Assembly: GCA_037137555.1 (NCBI GenBank)
Contig: JBAXKA010000002.1
Location: 3,133 to 67,132, forward strand
Length of the DNA stretch: 64,000 bases
Direction of reading: 5' to 3'
Source of the DNA: Candidatus Moraniibacteriota bacterium
GTDB lineage: Bacteria > Patescibacteriota > Minisyncoccia > Moranbacterales > UBA2206
Under the pieces are notes generated by a model, which was given only the letters and a program-made list of their open reading frames with translations, was not told the DNA's origin and ran no database searches. Below are positions 56,847-64,000 of the stretch, piece after piece. The stretch's first letter is position 1. Every line of letters begins with the position of its first letter. Position numbers and translations under genes: made by a program.

Positions 56847-58955
56847 TTATTCCGGTTGTTTCACAAGTCTTGCGGAAAGGTTTATTCTGCCTTGCGAATC
56901 AACCTCTTTGACTTTAACTGGAACGACATCTCCAACACTTAAAACATCTTCTACTTTTTCAATTCTGCGATCAGCGATTTCAGAAATATGAATTAATCCT
57001 TCTTGTCCTGGAAGAATTTCAGCAAATGCTCCGAAAGCCATGATGCGAGTTATTTTCGCATCAAAAAGTTCTCCGGCTGCAACTTCATGGGTTAAATTAT
57101 CAATCCATTGCTTTGCTTTTTCACCAGATTCTCCATCAGGAGAAGTGATAAAAATCATACCGCTATCTTCAATATCAATTTGCACACCAGTTTTGTCAAT
57201 AATTTCATTGATAATTTTGCCACCTGTTCCAATGACATTGCGAATTTTTTCTGGATTAATTTGCATCGTGATAATTCTTGGTGCATATTTGGACATTTCG
57301 GTTCGTGGAGCTGGCAATGTGTCAGTTATTTTTTTCAAAATTTCTAGGCGATTGCCGTGAGATTGTGTGAGAACAGCTGAAAGCATTTCCAATGTAACTC
57401 CATCAACTTTCACATCCATCTGCATTGCTGTAATGCCTTTTTCTGTTCCAGCTACTTTAAAATCCATGTCGCCATAATGATCTTCAAGACCTTGAATATC
57501 GGTGAGAATTTTAAATTTATTATTTTCTCCGACAATAATTCCCATGGCAATTCCGCTAACTGGTCGTTTGATTGGCACGCCAGCATCCATCAGTGATAAT
57601 GTTGATCCACAAGTGGAAGCCATAGAAGATGAACCATTAGAAGAAAGAATTTCAGAAACTAATAAAATAGTGTAGGGAAAATCTTCTTTTGATGGTAAGA
57701 CTGGTACAAGAGCTTTTTCGGCCAGAGCGCCATGACCAACTTCGCGTCGGCCTGGTCCACGCATTGGACGAACTTCACCAACAGAATATGGTGGAAAATT
57801 ATAATGATGAATATAGCGTTTTTTCATATCAACTTCCATTGTGTCAATAATTTGTTGATCTCCAGGAGAACCAAGTGTTGTGACCGTGAGCGCTTGAGTT
57901 TCTCCACGAGTGAAAAGTCCCGTGCCATGAGTGCGTGGCAAAATTCCTGTGCGACATTCAATATGACGAATTTCATCTAGTCTTCGCGAATCTGGTCGCA
58001 ATTCTTTTTCGAGAATATTTTTATGCACGATTTCATCAGACACTTCTTCAAAAACAATCTCAGCAACTTCTTTTAATTTATCAGCCTCTTCTGGAAAAGT
58101 TGCTTTAATATATTTTTTAACTTTATCTTGAATCGCACTTAATTTTTCTTCAATTACTTTTTTATCTTTATCATAAAGTGCTTCGGCAAGATTTTCAGCC
58201 AGCAAAATTTCTTTTACTTTAGTTTCAAATTCAGCCGATCCTGCCACAAGTGCTGGAATGCTTTTGGTTTTACCAACTTCTTTTTGGATTTCTAAAATAA
58301 AACTAACAATTTGTTTGATAGCTTCTTGTCCAAACGAAAAAGCACGGAGCATTTCTTCTTCTGAAATTTCCATCGCACCACTTTCGATCATATTTATTTT
58401 ATCAATACTGCCAGAAATCAAAAGATCCAACTCGCCTTCAGCCAATTCCTCATTCGTAATAGGATTTAAAACAAATTCATTATTAGTTTTTCCCACACGA
58501 ACAGCAGCGACTGGTCCGTTCCAAGGAATATTGGAAATAGCCAATGCGGTTGATGCAGCGACGATAGCTAGTGTATCAGGATCATTTACGCCATCATAAG
58601 AAAGCACGGTTACAATTACTTGCACATCGTTTCGCATGCGGTGATTAAAGAGTGGTCGCACTGTGCGATCAACTGCTCTTCCTGAAAGCACAGCGTCGTC
58701 AGATGGACGACCTTCTCGTTTAATAAAACGAGAGCCTTTAATTTTGCCTGCAGCGTAGTAGCGTTCTTCAAAATCTACCATCAAGGGAAAATAACCACTG
58801 ATGCGAGACGCCTTTTTGCTCATAACGGCAGTAGCGAGAACGATTGTTTCGCCATAACGCACTGTTACGGCACCATTGGCCTGACCAGCCAAAAGACCGG
58901 TTTCAATTTCCAAAATCCGTCCTCCAATTGGGAGTGACCATTTTTTTTGTTCCAT
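56847..58955 (-). CDS. pnp: polyribonucleotide nucleotidyltransferase (PNPase)
   Basis: Two RNase PH-like domains plus KH and S1. 'GGRILEIETGLLAGQANGAV' N-terminus. Confidence 0.95.
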   Translation of the reverse strand: MEQKKWSLPIGGRILEIETGLLAGQANGAVTVRYGETIVLATAVMSKKASRISGYFPLMVDFEERYYAAGKIKGSRFIKREGRPSDDAVLSGRAVDRTVRPLFNHRMRNDVQVIVTVLSYDGVNDPDTLAIVAASTALAISNIPWNGPVAAVRVGKTNNEFVLNPITNEELAEGELDLLISGSIDKINMIESGAMEISEEEMLRAFSFGQEAIKQIVSFILEIQKEVGKTKSIPALVAGSAEFETKVKEILLAENLAEALYDKDKKVIEEKLSAIQDKVKKYIKATFPEEADKLKEVAEIVFEEVSDEIVHKNILEKELRPDSRRLDEIRHIECRTGILPRTHGTGLFTRGETQALTVTTLGSPGDQQIIDTMEVDMKKRYIHHYNFPPYSVGEVRPMRGPGRREVGHGALAEKALVPVLPSKEDFPYTILLVSEILSSNGSSSMASTCGSTLSLMDAGVPIKRPVSGIAMGIIVGENNKFKILTDIQGLEDHYGDMDFKVAGTEKGITAMQMDVKVDGVTLEMLSAVLTQSHGNRLEILKKITDTLPAPRTEMSKYAPRIITMQINPEKIRNVIGTGGKIINEIIDKTGVQIDIEDSGMIFITSPDGESGEKAKQWIDNLTHEVAAGELFDAKITRIMAFGAFAEILPGQEGLIHISEIADRRIEKVEDVLSVGDVVPVKVKEVDSQGRINLSARLVKQPE

Positions 58956-59133
58956 GCTTTTTTTGAAGTCTTATTTGAAGCGTTCACGCCAAAAAAATAA
59001 TAAAGCGTATGACGATGATTTACGAATTAGGAATCACAATTTTTTGCAAACCTTAATTCATAAATCTTCATACTTCGGCGTTTATCACACTTCAAGAAAG
59101 ACTTTTATAAATAATTAACTATTCAAGTCTAGC

Positions 59134-59592
59134 TTAGATTTGGGTTTTTGGCAAGTTTTTTGAAAAAGCCAAATAACCAGGAATAACAAGATTAAGCGGG
59201 GAAATAATCATAAGAATTCCTAGCCATTCTTGCTTGCCAAGCGTTTTTGAAATTCCCATCCAAACTAAAATATAAGCCACGACATTAGCGAGAGGAATGA
59301 AAAACCAAACGATCCACCATGTTGGTTTTTGGGCAATTTGAAGAGCTAAAAGCATATCGAGAATAGGAATCCAAGCAAACCAAGCATTTTCCGTATTGGT
59401 TTTTTTAGCAATCTTCGAAAGACAGATTGACATATAGATATAATAAACCAAAAGAAAAAGCAAAATACAAGCAATCACGATTCCTGCGACTGACAGCATG
59501 GCAAGCGCATCATGATTAGAGATATTTCCGCCATCAGGAAGTATTGTCGGTGGCTGTAGTTGTATGTCAGGAAGAGTTTTTGTTGGTTGCAT
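59134..59592 (-). CDS. membrane protein, hypothetical
   Basis: Four predicted TM helices, 152 aa. Confidence 0.45.
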   Translation of the reverse strand: MQPTKTLPDIQLQPPTILPDGGNISNHDALAMLSVAGIVIACILLFLLVYYIYMSICLSKIAKKTNTENAWFAWIPILDMLLALQIAQKPTWWIVWFFIPLANVVAYILVWMGISKTLGKQEWLGILMIISPLNLVIPGYLAFSKNLPKTQI

Positions 59593-59615
59593 ATTTTTAT
59601 TTTTTAAAAATTAAA

Positions 59616-59888
59616 TTAAAATTCATCAGAACTAGAGCCACAAAGCATTGAGTTTGAGGCGAGGTTAAGCGCGTAAATAATAAAAGCGACAAAAATAATA
59701 ATAAATATAATCAAGGCTTTTGCTTGCCAGCTTTTAGTTGACTTTTTTAAAGTTAGACCTATAAGCAAAAGAGAAATTGTTAAAATAGTCCAATTAAAAT
59801 ATGGAGATTTAATTCCGTATCCACCTCCCCCACAAGCTGAAGTTAAGTTGGGAAACAATAATAACATTGAAATGAATATTTTTTTCAT
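59616..59888 (-). CDS. small membrane protein, hypothetical
   Basis: 90 aa with signal/TM plus one further TM. Confidence 0.35.
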   Translation of the reverse strand: MKKIFISMLLLFPNLTSACGGGGYGIKSPYFNWTILTISLLLIGLTLKKSTKSWQAKALIIFIIIFVAFIIYALNLASNSMLCGSSSDEF

Positions 59889-59891
59889 AAA

Positions 59892-60389
59892 TTAAATTAA
59901 AAACTTTTTCTTATTTTCACTTAAATTTATAAAGCTATCTAATTCTTCAACTAGTTTATTGCTGGTTGATTCCATAAAAGCTGCGCCTTCTACGCGACAA
60001 CCAGTGGTTGATTGAATGTATTTAACAAGTGGAATATAGTCGCCGTCTCCAGAAACCAAAACGATTGCATCAAGTGTTTTGGACATTTTAATTGCATCAA
60101 CGGCAATTCCCACATCCCAATCGCCTTTTTTGGCTCCACCGGGAAAAATTTGCAAATCTTTTGTTTTAACTTCATAGCCAACTTTTTCCAGAGCTTCAAA
60201 AAATTTTTCTTCTTGACCTTCGAGAGTTTTGATGCCATAAGCAATAGCCCGAATCAATTTGCGATCGCCTACTGCAGATTTTAAAACTTGATCAAAATTA
60301 ACTTTTTTCTGATAAAGCACTTTGGCACTATAATAAAGATTTTGAATATCAACTAAAACGCCAATCCGTTGTTCTTTGTATATGCTCAT
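59892..60389 (-). CDS. NYN/LabA-like (PIN-fold) domain protein
   Basis: 'IGVLVDIQNLYYS' and 'IVLVSGDGDYIPLV' LabA/NYN signatures. The start is set at the internal ATG. Confidence 0.7.
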   Translation of the reverse strand: MSIYKEQRIGVLVDIQNLYYSAKVLYQKKVNFDQVLKSAVGDRKLIRAIAYGIKTLEGQEEKFFEALEKVGYEVKTKDLQIFPGGAKKGDWDVGIAVDAIKMSKTLDAIVLVSGDGDYIPLVKYIQSTTGCRVEGAAFMESTSNKLVEELDSFINLSENKKKFLI

Positions 60390-60465
60390 AGTTTTTTGTT
60401 TATTTGTTAGATACTTTTTACAGTGAAAAAAAGCAAAATGCGGAAACATTTTGCTTTTGGCTTAA

Positions 60466-60735
60466 CTAGCCTTTTAATTCCAGTTTTTTAATTAAGACTT
60501 TGTAATCTTTTTCGTTAGTTTTTTTCAAATAATCCAGTAGGCGCTTTCTCTTTGATACCATTTTTAAAAGTCCACGACGAGAATGAAAATCTTTTGGATT
60601 CTTTTTGAGATGCGTGGTTAGTTTTTTAATTTGTTCTGTGAAAAGTGCCACTTGATATTCTGGAGAACCAGTATCTTTGTCGTGTCTTTTGACTTCGCTA
60701 GTTACTTTGTCTTTTTGCTTTCCTGTGAGAGCCAT
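60466..60735 (-). CDS. rpsO: 30S ribosomal protein S15
   Basis: 89 aa. 'GSPEYQVALFTEQIKKLTTHLKKNPKDFHSRRGLLKMVSKRKRLLDYL'. Confidence 0.93.
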   Translation of the reverse strand: MALTGKQKDKVTSEVKRHDKDTGSPEYQVALFTEQIKKLTTHLKKNPKDFHSRRGLLKMVSKRKRLLDYLKKTNEKDYKVLIKKLELKG

Positions 60736-60857
60736 ATAGTTTTTTTCGGCAAAACAGAAGTTGCGTTATTTCGCGTCAACTGATGTTTGCTAATGCTAAA
60801 TTATTATAAATAAAGTATAAACCAGAACTTTGGTTTTGGCAAATTTTTGAAATTTAG

Positions 60858-61769
60858 TTAGTTTTTCGGAAATTGCTTACTTAAGTCTGGAAATTTTTTA
60901 AAGGCGAGTGCTTTTAATGCTAATGGTTTTTCATGTCCGCCGTTGCGTATATTTTTTACGGCTATTAGCATCTGTTCTTCTGATGTTGCACCTGCAACTT
61001 CTCCATCAGAGAGTTCGTCCCATTTTTTTTCTGCAATAGTTTTGCCTTCGTTAGTTAGATAAAAATGAGCTTCTGTTATATCTGCAATATTGTTTAAGTT
61101 AGTTGCAATTTCATTTGAGCAATCGCTCCAAGCTTTCTCAGCCTCTGCATCAAAGTTGCCACGGTTGCGAGCATTAAAAAGTTTTGTTAATTTTTCTAAT
61201 GACAACGAGTCTATTCGTTCGGCACTTTCTTGTTTCACTGGCTCTGCATTTTCAGTTGATTTTATTTCTGATGTTAAATTGCCACTTTGGATTTTTTCTA
61301 GCAATAGTGCTGCTTTTTTTGCATCTGCTTCGGCTGACAGTCTCACCTCTTCGGCAAATTTTGCTTGTTCTTGAGCTTTCGCTTCGGCAGCTTTTGCTTC
61401 GTCAATTTCTTTATTTATTCCCAATGCTTCTTCGTGATCTTTGTCTTTCTTAAATTCCGCGTTCATTTCCAAAGCTTCTCCGTGCGCCTTATCTTTATCA
61501 AAAGCGGTATTCATTTCAATCGCTTCGTCTTGATCTTCGCTTAATTCTTCTTGTTTTACGCCAGCCTCTTCTGCTTTTAATATTTCACCTTGTTCTTGCA
61601 ATTTTTTTCCAAGTGCAATCATGTCCTCTGGCGATTTAGCGCCCATAATTTTATCCGCTAGTTCTTTTTTGGCATTTTCAAACTTCTCTGAAAACTTCTT
61701 GCGCATTTCCTTGGCGCCTTGTGTAATTTTTTCCGCCACATTTTTCACTCCCTCGAACATTTTTCCCAT
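60858..61769 (-). CDS. hypothetical coiled-coil protein (Lys/Glu/Ala-rich)
   Basis: 303 aa with an internal repeat 'AHGEALEMNAEFKKDKDHEEALGINKE'. Confidence 0.45.
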   Translation of the reverse strand: MGKMFEGVKNVAEKITQGAKEMRKKFSEKFENAKKELADKIMGAKSPEDMIALGKKLQEQGEILKAEEAGVKQEELSEDQDEAIEMNTAFDKDKAHGEALEMNAEFKKDKDHEEALGINKEIDEAKAAEAKAQEQAKFAEEVRLSAEADAKKAALLLEKIQSGNLTSEIKSTENAEPVKQESAERIDSLSLEKLTKLFNARNRGNFDAEAEKAWSDCSNEIATNLNNIADITEAHFYLTNEGKTIAEKKWDELSDGEVAGATSEEQMLIAVKNIRNGGHEKPLALKALAFKKFPDLSKQFPKN

Positions 61770-61895
61770 ATAATTATTTTTAAAAAATTAAAATAAATCT
61801 AACTAATGCAAGCATAGCAGAGATTATATTTCAGGGCAAAGAAAAAGATGACAATATTTTTTTCTAAAAATTTCCTCTTGTGCTACAATACTTTT

Positions 61896-64000
61896 ATGAC
61901 TAATATCTTAGAAAAATTAAATCTTTCGCAAAGAGAGGCTGTTGAGACGACTGAAGGTGCGGTGCTTGTGATTGCTGGGGCAGGATCAGGCAAAACACGA
62001 GCGTTGACTTTTCGCACGGCCTATTTGATTTGCGATAAAGGTGTGCGACCAGGGCAAATTTTGGCGGTTACTTTCACAAATAAAGCCGCCAAAGAAATGC
62101 AAGAGCGAATCGCTCAGCTATTGGCAGAATATAATTTTAAGGGACAGCTTCCATTAGTAGGAACTTTTCATTCTATTTGTGCTAAAATTCTTCGTGCGGA
62201 AATAGGCAAATTGGGATATGCGAGCAATTTTAATATTTTTGATTCGCAAGATCAGTTGAGTCTCGTTAAAAAAACCATGAAAGAGTTGGATATTGATTTA
62301 ACGCAATTTCGTCCACAAAGTATTTTGGGTGCAATTTCAAAGGCGAAAAATGAATTGATAAACACGCAAATGTTTCAACAGGCAACGGCTGGTTATTGGG
62401 AAGATATTGTAGCAAAAATTTATGTAGCGTATCAAGAAAGACTTAAAAAAAATAATGCGTTGGATTTTGATGATATTTTAATGCTGTTGGTTCAGATTCT
62501 GCGAACATATCCAGAAGTGCTGGAAAAATATCAAAATATTTTTCGCTATATTATGGTAGATGAATATCAAGATACGAATCATGCTCAATATGTGTTGATT
62601 AAAATGCTAGCCGATAAACATAAAAATATTTGTGTTGTGGGAGACGACTGGCAAGGTATCTATTCTTGGCGTGGAGCAAATATTCAAAATATTTTGGACT
62701 TTGAAAAAGATTATCCAACAGCAAAAGTTGTAAAACTGGAACAGAATTATCGCTCAACTCAGCAAATTTTGGATGCAGCCTATGGGGTGATTTCTAAAAA
62801 TATCAACCGCAAAGATAAAAAAATTTGGACGGACAATAAGGCTGGTCATCTTTTGGTGTCCTATGAAGCTCAAGATGAAAGTGATGAAGCACAATTTATT
62901 ATTTCTGAAGTAATTTCTTTGCGTAATAAGGGAATTAAATTAAATAATATTGTTGTGTTATATCGCACAAATGCCCAGTCGCGAATTATTGAAGAGGCTT
63001 TATTGGGCGACTCAATTCCCTATCGCATTATTGGCGGATTGAAATTTTATCAAAGAAAAGAAATTAAGGATATTATTGCTTATTTGCGTTTAATCGAAAA
63101 TTTTAAGGATGAAATATCGCTTGAGCGAATTATTAATGAACCAAAAAGAGGTATTGGCGATAAAACCGTTTCCAAGTGGGTGGAATTTGCAAAAATAAAT
63201 AATTTGGATCTGATAACGGCCGGTGGAGAAATTTTAAATGACAAAATTAGCAAAACGCGAATTGAAAGTATTGTAAGTTTTTGTGAATTTATTAAAAAAA
63301 TGCAGGAAGTGAAAAATAATTTAACGCTGGCGGAGTTTATTCAAAAAGTTTTTTTTGAAAGTGGTTATGAAAAACAATTGCTGGATGGCACAGATGAAGG
63401 ACAAATGCGTCAAGAAAATGTGCGTGAATTATTAACAGTCGCTAAAAAATATGATAAATTTTCCGAAGGAGATGGTTTGCGAATGTTTTTGGAAGAAGTG
63501 GCGCTTGTGGCTGATACTGATAATATTGATCAATCCAGTGAAGCTGTACATCTGATGACACTACATAGTGCCAAAGGCTTGGAATTTCAATTTGTTTTTA
63601 TTGTGGGCTTGGAGGAAGGCATCTTGCCTCATTCAAGAAGTATGCTCAGTGAAGCTGAAATGGAAGAAGAAAGACGGTTGATGTATGTGGGAATTACACG
63701 AGCAAAAGAAAAAGTTTATTTATTGTTCACTAAAATGCGAACGATTTATGGCTCAACGCAAATCAATGCGCCTTCGAGATTTTTGGATGATATTCCGGCT
63801 GAGTTAGTGGAAGATGCTGAAATATCTGCAATAAATACGCAGGCAGAAAAATTTATGTCCGGACATAAAAAAACTATTTTAACTACAATGAAAGTTTGCT
63901 ATAAGGGCGGTGAAAGAATTGCACATGAAAATTTTGGCGAAGGCTTAGTGATTTCTTCTCAAGGCGATATTATTACCGTTGCTTTTAAATCAGTCGGATT
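61896..64000 (+). CDS. pcrA: ATP-dependent DNA helicase PcrA/UvrD, 3'-truncated by the window edge
   Basis: 'VIAGAGSGKTRALTFR', 'ILAVTFTNKAAKEM', 'IMVDEYQDTN', 'VVGDDWQGIYSWRGA', 'QNYRST'. It was not in the ORF track because there is no stop codon in the window. Confidence 0.9.
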   Translation, partial: MTNILEKLNLSQREAVETTEGAVLVIAGAGSGKTRALTFRTAYLICDKGVRPGQILAVTFTNKAAKEMQERIAQLLAEYNFKGQLPLVGTFHSICAKILRAEIGKLGYASNFNIFDSQDQLSLVKKTMKELDIDLTQFRPQSILGAISKAKNELINTQMFQQATAGYWEDIVAKIYVAYQERLKKNNALDFDDILMLLVQILRTYPEVLEKYQNIFRYIMVDEYQDTNHAQYVLIKMLADKHKNICVVGDDWQGIYSWRGANIQNILDFEKDYPTAKVVKLEQNYRSTQQILDAAYGVISKNINRKDKKIWTDNKAGHLLVSYEAQDESDEAQFIISEVISLRNKGIKLNNIVVLYRTNAQSRIIEEALLGDSIPYRIIGGLKFYQRKEIKDIIAYLRLIENFKDEISLERIINEPKRGIGDKTVSKWVEFAKINNLDLITAGGEILNDKISKTRIESIVSFCEFIKKMQEVKNNLTLAEFIQKVFFESGYEKQLLDGTDEGQMRQENVRELLTVAKKYDKFSEGDGLRMFLEEVALVADTDNIDQSSEAVHLMTLHSAKGLEFQFVFIVGLEEGILPHSRSMLSEAEMEEERRLMYVGITRAKEKVYLLFTKMRTIYGSTQINAPSRFLDDIPAELVEDAEISAINTQAEKFMSGHKKTILTTMKVCYKGGERIAHENFGEGLVISSQGDIITVAFKSVG

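Noticed and set aside
1-64000. CRISPR arrays, rRNA or tRNA genes
   Set aside because: No direct-repeat/spacer periodicity was seen anywhere. No intergenic region contains a cloverleaf-compatible sequence (acceptor/T-arm GGTTCGAAT-like with CCA) or rRNA-like conserved blocks.

Overview
This is a 64 kb, AT-rich, gene-dense window from a small-genome bacterium. Its gene content suggests a Candidate Phyla Radiation / Patescibacteria-like organism, though that placement is inference.

Landmarks, in order along the window:
- An MEP-pathway cluster (ispD partial, ispF, ispE), a DHH phosphoesterase, ruvB, and a yebC-ruvC pair.
- A tandem-duplicated GspE/PilB secretion ATPase in a single 1006-aa polypeptide.
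- A putative Type II restriction-modification pair, next to a secreted protein with three lamin-tail domains and a PKD domain.
- A degenerate IS200/RAYT-like transposase pseudogene carrying a 28-nt perfect palindrome. A related palindrome lies in-frame inside ksgA.
- A 7TM membrane protein followed by four consecutive RimK-family ATP-grasp ligases, one fused to a retropepsin-like domain. The cluster is translationally coupled to ruvC.
- PBP1A, then the chromosomal origin: a DciA-like protein, dnaN, an oriC with two perfect DnaA boxes, dnaA, and divergently rpmH-rnpA-yidC-jag.
- A surface-glycan cluster (Wzx flippase, two GT2 glycosyltransferases, two Wzy/O-antigen-ligase-like proteins).
- A ~16 kb minus-strand island that looks like a Gram-positive-type type IV secretion or conjugative-pilus system. 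It holds a split VirB4, a PrgI/VirB3-like protein, a VirB6/TrbL-like protein, many exported proteins, and two paralogous pilin-like/cell-wall-hydrolase fusion proteins.
- Housekeeping genes: a UbiA-family prenyltransferase, ksgA, a yabE-like G5/3D protein, comM, lspA, a dksA/traR-like zinc finger, yraN, pnp, rpsO and pcrA/uvrD (partial).
- An apparently non-coding ~500-nt transcription unit upstream of yraN, with a consensus promoter and an intrinsic terminator.

No rRNA, tRNA or CRISPR array was found.
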